Source of the DNA: Salinispira sp.
GTDB lineage: Bacteria > Spirochaetota > Spirochaetia > DSM-27196 > Salinispiraceae
Direction of reading: 5' to 3'
Assembly: GCA_965602015.1 (NCBI GenBank)
Contig: OZ271918.1
Coordinates: 3,200,001-3,264,000 of the forward strand
Length of the DNA stretch: 64,000 bases
Shown here: positions 47,296 to 56,973 of the stretch, piece by piece
Layout: the number at the start of each line of letters is the position of its first letter
Numbering within the stretch: the stretch's first letter is position 1
Program-made: the position numbers and the translations under genes
The notes under the pieces: generated by a model
Told to the model about the DNA's origin: nothing
Databases searched by the model: none
What the model saw: only the letters and a program-made list of their open reading frames with translations

Positions 47296-48519
47296 ATGAG
47301 CAGCGATCTGCAGCAGAGTGTTGAAACTTTTTTGCATGAGGCGGAGCTTTCCTGGTCCTGGGCGGGGTTTTCCGCCTTGGACAGATACTACCGGGGACGT
47401 ACCCGGGCAACATCCTACGGCAATGCACCGGAATTAAACCCCCACGAACTCATCCTCATTCGTACAGATATGAGCACCCTCGCCGCCGGCGGTTTTTCCA
47501 TGAGCTTCCCGGGTATAGAAGGCATCGACTGCGTGCTGACCCTGGATGGCTCTGCTCACGACCTGTTTGTAATGTTATACGACAGTAAAGCAGAGCGCGA
47601 TGCAAAATTGCGCCGCTTTTTCGGGGCAGATAATACCCGCTTAGAGCTTCTTGAAAGCCGACGGAGCCCGTCGGAATTTCGGCTCAGACCCGGAGTTTAT
47701 CAGAGGATGAGAGACCGGAGCTACATAGCTGACATCGGCAATCCCGCGGAGGGGAACGGCAGCCTGCTGACCATTCTCAGCGAGGCCGTGCTGCTCTCCC
47801 GTTACCGCACCGGCGATTACGCAAGGGCTCCGGATAGCATGATCAGCGATGCCCTGAACTGTCGCTTCGATTCGTATGATGAAGGCGATGAGGCTGAACC
47901 GCGATGGGATTCCCCGGGGCTTCCTCCGGCCCAATGGCGTTACTGGCTGGATTTGATTCTCACCGGCGCCTCTGCCCATCTCGGCCTGGAATACCTCATG
48001 TGCGCCGGGGTGATTGAGCACATCGCTCCGGAACTGTCGGCCATGAACCGGACTCATCATCACAAGGACCACCATCCCGAAGGGAATGTGTGGCGCCACA
48101 GCCTGGAAACACTGAAATACCGCAAGACCACCGATTTGCTACTGGCCTACTCCCTGCTGCTACATGATGCGGGCAAACCGGAGGCGACAAGAGAAAGCAG
48201 CCGCCGCTTCAGCGGTCACGCGCAAATCGGCGCCGATCTCGCCGGCCGCCTTCTGGATGATCTGGAGTATCCCCGGAGATTTCGGGACGATGTGTGCTGG
48301 ATGGTGGAAAACCACAGTTATCCGTCGGCGCTGCGTCGCCTCCCGTCACACCGGACCGATCCACTGATGGCCGATCCGCGTTTTCCCGATCTGCTTGAAC
48401 TCTACCGCTGCGATATCAGCGCCAGTTACTCGGGTCCGGAAAACTACTATGCGGCCTGCGATGTGTACAACCGCTACCGCAAAGATATGGGATTGCGCCG
48501 ATACCGGCCGGTGGGCTAA
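47296..48519 (+). CDS. HD-domain protein related to CCA-adding enzymes, with a degenerate nucleotidyltransferase head
   Basis: 'PELSAM...KDHHPEGNVWRHSL', 'LLHDAGKP', 'FSGHAQIGA', 'ENH', 'RCD'; no DxD in the N-terminus. Confidence 0.72.
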   Translation: MSSDLQQSVETFLHEAELSWSWAGFSALDRYYRGRTRATSYGNAPELNPHELILIRTDMSTLAAGGFSMSFPGIEGIDCVLTLDGSAHDLFVMLYDSKAERDAKLRRFFGADNTRLELLESRRSPSEFRLRPGVYQRMRDRSYIADIGNPAEGNGSLLTILSEAVLLSRYRTGDYARAPDSMISDALNCRFDSYDEGDEAEPRWDSPGLPPAQWRYWLDLILTGASAHLGLEYLMCAGVIEHIAPELSAMNRTHHHKDHHPEGNVWRHSLETLKYRKTTDLLLAYSLLLHDAGKPEATRESSRRFSGHAQIGADLAGRLLDDLEYPRRFRDDVCWMVENHSYPSALRRLPSHRTDPLMADPRFPDLLELYRCDISASYSGPENYYAACDVYNRYRKDMGLRRYRPVG

Positions 48520-49839
48520 TCAAAAGGTTTTTCGAAGAAAGCCGGACAAATCCTCCAGACGGTTGCCGATTATTACCGATTGTTTCTCGAGATTCATCAT
48601 CCTGGCCAGGCGCTCGGGCATTTCCGGTTCGCCGCCGCCGGCCTGCCTGGCCACTTCGGTGAACTTGGCTGGATGGGCGGTAGCCAGGGTGCAGATCTGC
48701 CCCTCGCCGGCAAGCTCGTTCCGGGAAAACCCCTCCGAAACCAGAACCCCGGTGGCGGTGTGGGGGCAGAGAAACATGCCCTTTTCTCTCCGGTAGCGTC
48801 CCATGGTTTCGAGAATTTCGTCATCGGTGACCGCCCTGCCGGAGATCATCATGCGCATCCTGGCGGCATCCGAGTGGAAAATCGCCATGAGACGCTCGAA
48901 ATTGCTGGGGTTTCCCACATCCATGGCATTCGCATGGGTGTGGACCGAGGGGCGGGGAATAAACTCTCCGCTGCTCAAATACTGCGGGATTACATCATTG
49001 GCGTTGGTCGCCGCAATATAACCGGTTACCGGAAGACCCCATCTCCAGGCGAAAACGCCGGCAGTGAGGTTGCCGAAATTGCCGCTGGGGACGGTGAAGT
49101 AAAAATCCCCGTCGCTGCGATGCTTGAGCCTGGCAAAGGCGTATACGTAATAGAAACTCTGGGGAAGCAGCCTACCCAGATTTATGCTGTTTGCGCTGGT
49201 GAGGGGAAGGTCCCTGCTGAGCTCCGGGTCGGTAAACGCTTCCTTTACCATCCGCTGACAGTCATCAAAGCTTCCCTTCACCTCGAGAGCATGAATGTTC
49301 CCGCCGAGGGTGGTCAGCTGCTTTTCCTGGCTGGGGCTGACCCGGCCTGAAGGATACAGAATTACCACATCAATGTTATTTTTCTGATAAAAGGCCTGTG
49401 CGACCGCCGAACCCGTATCGCCGCTGGTGGCCGTGAGGATGATAGCCCGACGGTCCCGCCCGGCGAGAAAAAATTCCATGACTGTAGCCAGATATGAGGC
49501 TCCGAAATCCTTGAAGGCGCAGCTCGGGCCGTGAAACAGTTCCAAGATTGAGATGTCTTTGCTCACTTGAGAAATCTCCGGACGGAATACAAATGCCTTT
49601 TCTGCGATGCGTCGGGCATCTTCGCCGCTCATTTCATCGGCAAAGAGGCTGGCGCTGAGCTGGGCTGCCATTGAGGTGAAATCCGTGCCTTCGTCGAAGG
49701 AGAGAATCAGGTCGCGTAGATCCGGCTCGTCAAGCGGATGGTATAATCCCCCGTCCGGGGCGAGGCCCTGAAAAACCGCCTCTTCAAAACTGACCTGGTC
49801 GGAAGGTGAACCCGAGGACCGGGTAGATGCGAATTTCAT
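48520..49839 (-). CDS. thrC: Threonine synthase
   Basis: GLAPDGGLY, ELFHGPSCAFKDFG, ATSGDTG, SANSINLGR, PSGNFGN, TAHPAKF. Confidence 0.96.
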   Translation of the reverse strand: MKFASTRSSGSPSDQVSFEEAVFQGLAPDGGLYHPLDEPDLRDLILSFDEGTDFTSMAAQLSASLFADEMSGEDARRIAEKAFVFRPEISQVSKDISILELFHGPSCAFKDFGASYLATVMEFFLAGRDRRAIILTATSGDTGSAVAQAFYQKNNIDVVILYPSGRVSPSQEKQLTTLGGNIHALEVKGSFDDCQRMVKEAFTDPELSRDLPLTSANSINLGRLLPQSFYYVYAFARLKHRSDGDFYFTVPSGNFGNLTAGVFAWRWGLPVTGYIAATNANDVIPQYLSSGEFIPRPSVHTHANAMDVGNPSNFERLMAIFHSDAARMRMMISGRAVTDDEILETMGRYRREKGMFLCPHTATGVLVSEGFSRNELAGEGQICTLATAHPAKFTEVARQAGGGEPEMPERLARMMNLEKQSVIIGNRLEDLSGFLRKTF

Positions 49840-51215
49840 TCTGACTCCTCGGCGAAAAACGCCCGGTGTACCGTTCGAAGGGCTTCCCCGTGATCATCCC
49901 GGTGTATTACGAAGGACAGATTCATTTCCGATGAACCCTGGGCGATGGCGAGAATATTTACACCCTGTTCTCCGAGGGCGCTGAACAGCCGGCCGGCGAC
50001 TCCCGGGCGCCCGCGCATGTTCCCTCCGATGACCGCCATGACTTCGAGTCTGGTGACATGTTCAATCTCCTGTATCACCTTAGAACGGATCTCGAACTCA
50101 AGCTCAGCGCGCAGTCCTCTAATAGCCCGGTCAACCTCGCCATCCCTGATGACCACACAGAGGCTGTGCTCGCTCGATGCCTGACTGATCATTATTGCAT
50201 TTACATCGGCCCGCGCCAGTGCGCTGAAGATTTTCATGGCGGTTCCCCGGGCGCCGACCATACCGCCGCCGATCACATTTATCAGGCTAACATCCTGAAT
50301 GCTGGCGATGCCGGTGATTATATTCGGGTTCGTCTCTGCGTCCGCCGCAATTCGGGTGCCCCGGGCCCCGGGATTCAAGGTGTTTTTTATCCAGACGGGG
50401 ATGCTGCGCTCTACCGCGGGAATCATTGTGGAGGGGTGGAGTACCTCGGCACCGAAGTAGCTCATTTCCATGGCTTCATCAATGCTCAATTCGGGAATAA
50501 CTGATGCTCCCGGCACTGCTCGGGGGTCGGCTTCCAGGACCCCGTCCACATCTGTCCATATTTCAATATTGTCCGCATTCAAGGCCGCTCCGAAAATCGA
50601 GGCGCTGTAGTCGCTGCCGTTACGACCGAGGGTTGTGGTAATCCCTTCTTCCGAAGAAGCAATAAACCCCGTGGTAATTCCAATTCCAGAATTACGGGAA
50701 AAGTGATCCGCAATACGGCGGTAGCTCTCTTCAAATCGAACGATGCCGTTGCCGTGACTGCTGTCGGTCAGCACAAGGGGTCTGGCGTCTACATAAAACA
50801 CCCTGTGCCCCTGGGATGCGGCGTATTCGGCGATTATCTGATTGTTCAGCCTCTCACCGAAGCTCATTATCAGATCAAGGCTTCGCGGGCTGCATTCCTT
50901 CACCAGAAAAACTCCGTGACAGATTTCTTCCAGTTCTTCAAACTCCTTTCTGAGTCCGTTGAGAAAATCCTCCGGAGCAGACAACAGTTCTCTGGCAGAA
51001 TCGCCGTGCTTTACCCAGATAGCGTCGAGGACCGCCTGATACTCCCGGTTTCCCTTTTCAGCCATGCGGGCAGCGCGAATCAGATCATTGGTTACGCCTT
51101 TCATTGCCGAGCAAATGACGGCGCGCACTTCTGCATCACCGGTGAAAATTTCCACCACCTGCGCAATATGACGGGCATCGCACACAGAGCTGCCCCCGAA
51201 TTTCATTACTTTCAT
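49836..51215 (-). CDS. Aspartate kinase with two ACT domains (ThrA-like, no homoserine dehydrogenase domain)
   Basis: MKFGGSSV, SFGER, TLGRNGSDYSA, WTDVDG, 'ISQASSE', 'IAQGSSE'. Confidence 0.92.
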   Translation of the reverse strand: MKVMKFGGSSVCDARHIAQVVEIFTGDAEVRAVICSAMKGVTNDLIRAARMAEKGNREYQAVLDAIWVKHGDSARELLSAPEDFLNGLRKEFEELEEICHGVFLVKECSPRSLDLIMSFGERLNNQIIAEYAASQGHRVFYVDARPLVLTDSSHGNGIVRFEESYRRIADHFSRNSGIGITTGFIASSEEGITTTLGRNGSDYSASIFGAALNADNIEIWTDVDGVLEADPRAVPGASVIPELSIDEAMEMSYFGAEVLHPSTMIPAVERSIPVWIKNTLNPGARGTRIAADAETNPNIITGIASIQDVSLINVIGGGMVGARGTAMKIFSALARADVNAIMISQASSEHSLCVVIRDGEVDRAIRGLRAELEFEIRSKVIQEIEHVTRLEVMAVIGGNMRGRPGVAGRLFSALGEQGVNILAIAQGSSEMNLSFVIHRDDHGEALRTVHRAFFAEESE

Positions 51216-51258
51216 ATGGATCCGCCGATTTCTGGTTTGGTGAGCAGTGTACTCGCGA

Positions 51259-51276
51259 ATTGCATAAAAATGCAAT
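51259..51276. promoter_or_regulatory. ARG-box-like palindrome overlapping the aspartokinase -35
   Basis: ATTGCAT-AAAA-ATGCAAT; minus strand TTGCAT-N18-TACACT. Confidence 0.45.
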
Positions 51277-51386
51277 ATCGCCCGCAAATTCTTATATATT
51301 TACATTGATATTTGACAATCTCCGGGCGAGGCCAATTTTATCGGACTCTCATTGACATCCGACACCAAATCCGGGACACTCGGCTC

Positions 51387-52670
51387 ATGCATCAATATCG
51401 AATAAACGGCGGCAATGCTCTGCGCGGTACCATCACCGCCAGCGGCAATAAAAACGCCGCCCTTCCCTGTATTACCGCAGCCATCCTCACCGAGGAAGAA
51501 GTGGTTCTGAAAAACGTGCCTCGCATCGAAGATGTTTTTGTGCTCTTCGACATTCTTCGGGATCTCGGAGGCAGCGTGGAAGAAGGGAGCTCACCCGGTG
51601 AGTTCCGCATAAAAATGTCATCGGTCAGTAAAACAGAAATTGATCCTGATCTGGCGAAAAAAATCCGCGCCTCCATTCTCCTGGCGGGTCCCATGCTCGC
51701 CCGAAGCGGCACCGTAGTCCTGCCTCCTCCGGGGGGCGATGTCATTGGTCGGCGAAGGCTCGACACCCACCTCCTGGTTCTCCAAGGCTTGGGAGCCACC
51801 ATTGAGATTGACGGAGTCTTCTCGTTTTCTTCGAAGGGTCTTGTCGGTAATGATATCTTCCTCGACGAGGCTTCAGTTACCGCCACGGAAAATGCCGTTA
51901 TGGCAGCCTCACTGGCGGATGGCAGGACGGTCCTGCGAAATGTTGCTTCCGAACCCCATATCCAGGATCTCTGTAATATGATCAATTCCATGGGAGGAAA
52001 AATCTCAGGCGTGGGAAGCAACATTCTCACAATCGACGGGGTACAGAAATTAGGCGGAACCGAATTCTCAATCGGCGCGGATTTTATGGAGGTGGGCTCT
52101 TATATCGGCCTGGCGGCGGTCACCGGGGGCGAAGTAACAATTCAAAAAGCTGACCCGCATCACCTCAGAATGGTCGAAATGGGCTTTGCGAAACTGGGAA
52201 TCCGGTGGGAAGTATCGGGCAACGACATCCACGTACGCGCAGATCAGCAAATGAAAGTAATCAGCGATCTGGGCGGCATGATTCCGAAGATAGACGACGC
52301 CCCGTGGCCCGGGTTCCCCCCGGACCTCCTCAGCATTATCATCACCGTTGCAACCCAGGTTCAGGGCACTATTCTCATTCACGAGAAAATGTTTGAGAGC
52401 CGGATGTTCTTCGTCGACAAGCTGATCGCCATGGGGGCCCGCATCGTTCTCTGCGATCCGCACCGGGCGGTCATTTCGGGACCGGCGCCCCTGCAGGGCT
52501 CTAATCTGGTAAGCCCCGATGTTCGGGCGGGGATGGCCATGGTCATTGCCGCACTTGCAGCGGAGGGAGAGAGTACGATTCAAAATATCTATCAGATTGA
52601 ACGGGGCTATGAAGGCCTTGCCGAGAAGCTAAGCAGTCTGGGGGCCGACATTATCCGGGAAGAGGCCTAA
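51387..52670 (+). CDS. murA: UDP-N-acetylglucosamine 1-carboxyvinyltransferase
   Basis: GNKNAALP, RASIL, PGGDVIGRR (Asp at the catalytic Cys position), SVTATEN, PWPGFPPD, ERGY; TTGACA-N17-GACACT 6 nt before ATG. Confidence 0.95.
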   Translation: MHQYRINGGNALRGTITASGNKNAALPCITAAILTEEEVVLKNVPRIEDVFVLFDILRDLGGSVEEGSSPGEFRIKMSSVSKTEIDPDLAKKIRASILLAGPMLARSGTVVLPPPGGDVIGRRRLDTHLLVLQGLGATIEIDGVFSFSSKGLVGNDIFLDEASVTATENAVMAASLADGRTVLRNVASEPHIQDLCNMINSMGGKISGVGSNILTIDGVQKLGGTEFSIGADFMEVGSYIGLAAVTGGEVTIQKADPHHLRMVEMGFAKLGIRWEVSGNDIHVRADQQMKVISDLGGMIPKIDDAPWPGFPPDLLSIIITVATQVQGTILIHEKMFESRMFFVDKLIAMGARIVLCDPHRAVISGPAPLQGSNLVSPDVRAGMAMVIAALAAEGESTIQNIYQIERGYEGLAEKLSSLGADIIREEA

Positions 52671-53510
52671 TCAGCTGTCCTGATCATAGTATCTGAACTG
52701 CCACAGCAGTTCGTCATAGGCCTGTTGAAGGGCGGCAAACTCTTCCTGCCGCCTGGCCTCATCACGCGGATCGATTTGCTGCTCCCCGTAGCCGATATTC
52801 ATGGTCGCATCGGGGTGCAGGTTTGCCGCCAGTTCCCGGTATTTCTTCTTTAATTCGCCTTCGCTGCAGTCCGGCGGCAGTTCCATCAGCCGGCAGTATT
52901 CCCGGTTAAGATAGGGCACCGAGCGCAGCCGCTGCTGAATTTCCCTGAGGGACAGCCCCATCGGTTCGAAAATATCCCTGAAAAACCTAAACTCCCGCCG
53001 GCTCAATCCGGCGGGATCGCTTCCGGCAATTCTGTGGAGCAGGCTGAAAAGGAAGTCTCTTTCGGCCTCTCCCCCGTAACTGTACACATACGACAGCTCG
53101 AGATACTCCGCGCTGCTGACCCCGTAAACCCGCACCAGCCAGGGCAGGTCCAGACGCTGATCCCAGCGTTCAGCCAGGTTCCAAAAATAATCGAGTTTGC
53201 TGCGGTCGGAACTACGGATTCGGAAAAAGTGCGCAATTCGCTCAAGGGCATCATCGCGAATCTCGCTGCTGTGGATATCGTCCACGCTTAACAGACGGTT
53301 GATCAGCCCGATGGCCGCAGCGGGCCGCAGAAAGCGTTTAATCCGGGGAACGAACTCAGCTTCCAGATAAAATTTTTCCACATCCCGGTGATTACGCCGG
53401 AGATAAAGTACCTGATCCACCAGTGAACCGGCGAGGACGCCAAGCAGCACTCCAAAAATACCGAAGGGGAGGCCGAGAATAGCGCCGCTGATTTTGCCGG
53501 CAATGATCAT
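52671..53510 (-). CDS. DjlA-like membrane-anchored J-domain protein
   Basis: Gly-rich N-terminal TM 'GAILGLPFGIFGVLLG'; C-terminal 'KKKYRELAANLHPD...QQAYD'. Confidence 0.75.
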   Translation of the reverse strand: MIIAGKISGAILGLPFGIFGVLLGVLAGSLVDQVLYLRRNHRDVEKFYLEAEFVPRIKRFLRPAAAIGLINRLLSVDDIHSSEIRDDALERIAHFFRIRSSDRSKLDYFWNLAERWDQRLDLPWLVRVYGVSSAEYLELSYVYSYGGEAERDFLFSLLHRIAGSDPAGLSRREFRFFRDIFEPMGLSLREIQQRLRSVPYLNREYCRLMELPPDCSEGELKKKYRELAANLHPDATMNIGYGEQQIDPRDEARRQEEFAALQQAYDELLWQFRYYDQDS

Positions 53511-55237
53511 TCGGCACTCAGCCTCGCTAAACCGATCATTATCGCGATGAAGGTGAAGGCCTGAATGGCCGCGAGGGTCACAAGGGCGATGGGAAATGAG
53601 CTGAGTATCAGTACCGCAGACAGCAGATTTCTAAAGACAAATATATACAGATCGAAGAGGGCGAGAATAAACAGCGGAATGAGCGGCAAAAATATGTACA
53701 GGTACAGCGGCGGTCCGCTGAGGTATCGGCTGCGGCCTTTCCAGCCCATTCCGATGATGATGAGCGATACATTTATAAGACTGAAGGGAAGAAGGAGACG
53801 GTACAGTATTTCGGACTGGGGAAACAGAGGGTCCCTGCCATAGTCCGGGTAAATCCGAGCGAGGGAGAATAGCTGCAGGATGTTGACATCATTAAAAAAC
53901 GGGGTTGAGGGATTTACCGCCCAAATTTCTGAAGAGTCCATGTTCATCTGCAGAACGCCTTCTTCACCCGAAGGAGCCTGACCCACCACGTAATCGGCCT
54001 GGTAGCGCAGATCCTGACGGTCCCGGTCGATCGCCCTGGTAATGAGGTAGCTGCCGGACATTTTCCCCCGGGGAATTACGATGTGCTGCAGGACCCCCCC
54101 GTCGGGCCGCACCTCGATATATTCCATGTTAATAAAGTACAGACCCCGTAAACCGTACATCATTTGCTCAGCGGCGATAAACCGCCGAATACCCGGTCCC
54201 GCGAGAGACGCACCGTCGTGACGGGACGAAAAAACCTCGGGAAGCTTAAAGAATACGTTTCGGCGAATATCCTCCTGGTTGGCGTCGGCGATTTCATCAA
54301 GGAAAAAAGCCACGGTTTCAACCTCGGGTGTGAGGAATTCTAAATAGGTAACCAGGTCCGAGTCCGTCGGATCGATTTGCTCGAGCTCCTTGAACGTATA
54401 GTAGGCATCAAGGAAGCGCCTGGCGTTCCAGGCCTGAACTGCCTCGCGCTTCAGGTCAAAAATCATCCGTGAGCGGTTATCCTCGGCATTCGGCTCGAGA
54501 CGGGATATCGCCTTGAGGCTTTCAGAGAGGATTCGTCGTGCGATGGGTTCGTTCCGTTCATCCTGGGGCCCGAGGGCTATGCGGGCGTAAAACACCGCGG
54601 AATACCAGTCTTCTTCGGCAAAAAACCGCTCTGCCCGGTCGAGGATTTCCCCGTAGCTCAGATTTAGCGGTAATCTTGGCGAGGGGTTGTCGGCGGGCGC
54701 CGGCGCCGGTGTGGGCGGCCTGAGGTCCTGCAGCTCCCAGAACAGTTCGGTAGCCCGGGTATGCCTGGGCGCCAGCGCCAGAACATCATCAATCATCTCC
54801 TGGGCCATGTCCCATTCCCTGGCGTCGATGCTGTCCCCGGCCCGTTCAATGCGAAGGCTGACATAGTCCGAACGGAACCTGGCGTCGGCCTGCTGCTGAT
54901 ATGCCCATGGCAAGAGCAGCAGGATTAACAGGGTGTACACCACCATAGATATGAGAAGAAAAACCAAAGCGCCCTGAATCAGCTTGAAGAACGGCTGTCC
55001 GCTTCCCATATCCTCGGGACTTGCCTGAACGGAAAAGGTTAGCATAAACGCCGTAGCGGAGATGGGGATGAAATACTGCAGATAAAAGATAATGCTGCTG
55101 GCCACATACCACTGCCCGATAAAGCGGCTTTCCAGATTCTCAGGGGAGAAGACAATGGTGAGCACCACAATAATCAGCAGAATGGAAATATGGGTAAGCA
55201 GCTGTGTGACCGTTAGTTTTCTGTTTAAGCTGCTCAC
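53507..55237 (-). CDS. Hypothetical 3TM + periplasmic (TPR-containing) + 3TM membrane protein
   Basis: GTG start overlapping the upstream TGA; hydropathy pattern; TPR-like helices; LptF/G-like topology. Confidence 0.65.
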   Translation of the reverse strand: MSSLNRKLTVTQLLTHISILLIIVVLTIVFSPENLESRFIGQWYVASSIIFYLQYFIPISATAFMLTFSVQASPEDMGSGQPFFKLIQGALVFLLISMVVYTLLILLLLPWAYQQQADARFRSDYVSLRIERAGDSIDAREWDMAQEMIDDVLALAPRHTRATELFWELQDLRPPTPAPAPADNPSPRLPLNLSYGEILDRAERFFAEEDWYSAVFYARIALGPQDERNEPIARRILSESLKAISRLEPNAEDNRSRMIFDLKREAVQAWNARRFLDAYYTFKELEQIDPTDSDLVTYLEFLTPEVETVAFFLDEIADANQEDIRRNVFFKLPEVFSSRHDGASLAGPGIRRFIAAEQMMYGLRGLYFINMEYIEVRPDGGVLQHIVIPRGKMSGSYLITRAIDRDRQDLRYQADYVVGQAPSGEEGVLQMNMDSSEIWAVNPSTPFFNDVNILQLFSLARIYPDYGRDPLFPQSEILYRLLLPFSLINVSLIIIGMGWKGRSRYLSGPPLYLYIFLPLIPLFILALFDLYIFVFRNLLSAVLILSSFPIALVTLAAIQAFTFIAIMIGLARLSAE

Positions 55238-56292
55238 CGTTCGATCTCCCGCTGCCAATCCCTGACCCGGGGAAGAAAGGCGTGAAAAATGAGAAAAAGC
55301 AGGGCAAAAAAACCGAGCAATGCGGGACCAATATATCCGATGGCCCTGGTCTGCAGAAAACTCATCGCGAGTTCGCGGACAAAGAACAAATCCCCTACCC
55401 GGGTCAACAGCAATCCGCCGGCATTAACAAGGACTGCCATAACGAAGTTTATCATCGGCCATCTGGTGAGCCTCAGGAACATCCAGCTGCTGAACAGGAA
55501 AAAGAGCAGGGACAGCACAAGGGCAAGGTACCGAACCGAAAGCTCATCGGCGTATTCATCGAGAGTGGAAAACAATCTCCGGATAGTTTCCTGAAGATTC
55601 ATGAGTATGCCCGTCTGGCCAAAAAGGGCAGAGCGGCTGTTGAGAATAGCAGTATCGTTCACCACCAGTGCGCTGCCGTCAGGGGTGAAGCGGCTTCGCT
55701 GCTGAATTACAATTTCCCGGCGGAGGCTGTCGTAGCTCACTTCTTCAAAATAGCTGAGGGTTCTGACACCGGGGTCATCTATGGGAGAAATGGTGACGCC
55801 AGAATCTTCGTTGTCCAGGGGGTTGGCAAGCAGGTTGCCGTAATGGAAGAGCACAACCTCCCGGAGGGCACCGGCGGAAGTATCCTGAAAGTACAGCCCT
55901 CCCCCGTGGAACTCGATAATCGTATCTATCCGCAAATCGGTGATTTCCGGGCTGTCGCCCAGAACATTTGCGGTTTCAATATTGCGGATGCCATAGTACC
56001 CGAAGAAAAAAAGCGGACCGGATACCAAAAAAAGCAGGAGCAGGGCGAGGGCCCGGTGTGCTTTAAATGACAGGATTTTCCGCAAAAGTATGAGGGTTGC
56101 GAGGGTCCCCCCAATATACAGGCTGAACTTGAGACCCCATATGAGGTTCACGAAAAACAGGGTAGCTTCGGGAGTCTGACCGAGGTTTCTGTAGAGCGCT
56201 GATCCAACCACGAGAGCATATAAAGTAATTATTAGCGTGAGTAACAGAAGCAGGAGTAAATACTGTAATGGGATCAGAAGGGGTCGCCTCAC
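55234..56292 (-). CDS. Hypothetical 3TM + periplasmic + 3TM membrane protein
   Basis: Hydropathy pattern; TTGCAC-N17-TAACAT promoter 7 nt before GTG. Confidence 0.65.
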   Translation of the reverse strand: MRRPLLIPLQYLLLLLLLTLIITLYALVVGSALYRNLGQTPEATLFFVNLIWGLKFSLYIGGTLATLILLRKILSFKAHRALALLLLFLVSGPLFFFGYYGIRNIETANVLGDSPEITDLRIDTIIEFHGGGLYFQDTSAGALREVVLFHYGNLLANPLDNEDSGVTISPIDDPGVRTLSYFEEVSYDSLRREIVIQQRSRFTPDGSALVVNDTAILNSRSALFGQTGILMNLQETIRRLFSTLDEYADELSVRYLALVLSLLFFLFSSWMFLRLTRWPMINFVMAVLVNAGGLLLTRVGDLFFVRELAMSFLQTRAIGYIGPALLGFFALLFLIFHAFLPRVRDWQREIER

Positions 56293-56397
56293 GTAATAAA
56301 TGTTAGCATATGGGTATGCTCAGTGCAACGTAGAAAAGTTTAAAGAACTGCCCTATTATGATGAATAAGCGGATGGCCATGTGGTACCAGCAGTTAC

Positions 56398-56973
56398 ATG
56401 ACATCCGCAGAAATGATGCTACATATACGGGATTCCTCTGCCGCACCCGAGCCTCAGGAGTATGTTCTGACCCAGAAAGAATTTTCCGACAGTCTCCAGC
56501 CTTACCTGCCCCGATTGTATCGCAGCATGTTGTCCATGGTGAGAAATCAGGCGGATGCCGAGGATATCATGCAGGATACGGTTCTGCGGGCCTTTGCAAA
56601 CATTCATCGCTATGACCCGAGCCGTCCTCTGTACCCTTGGCTTCTGACAATCGGACGGAATCTCGCCCGGAACTTCCTGGTGCGTCGAAATCGGAGAGAT
56701 AGCGACGCCGAACTGCCGCTGGATATCCCGGAAACCCAAACGAACAGCCCTGAGGAGGAAGTACTTAAGGACGAACAGGTAAGGCAACTACACAAGGCCT
56801 TGGCATCACTCAAGCCGGAACATCGGGAGATACTCGAACTCCAGCATTTTCAGGAGTGCAGCTATCAGGAGATAAGCGAGATACTCGCTATTCCCCTTGG
56901 TACCGTAATGTCCCGTCTCTATTACGCCCGTAAGCAACTGCAAACGACTCTGGAGAGTTACCATGAAAAGTAA
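56398..56973 (+). CDS. ECF sigma factor
   Basis: 'DAEDIMQDT', 'YPWLLTIGRN', 'SYQEISEILAIPLGTVMSRLYYARKQL'; start uncertain. Confidence 0.93.
   Translation: MTSAEMMLHIRDSSAAPEPQEYVLTQKEFSDSLQPYLPRLYRSMLSMVRNQADAEDIMQDTVLRAFANIHRYDPSRPLYPWLLTIGRNLARNFLVRRNRRDSDAELPLDIPETQTNSPEEEVLKDEQVRQLHKALASLKPEHREILELQHFQECSYQEISEILAIPLGTVMSRLYYARKQLQTTLESYHEK

Noticed and set aside
51387..52670. MurA with Asp in place of the fosfomycin-target Cys as acquired resistance
   Set aside because: This is a known intrinsic variant in several lineages, including Borrelia, Chlamydia and Mycobacterium, so it is not novel
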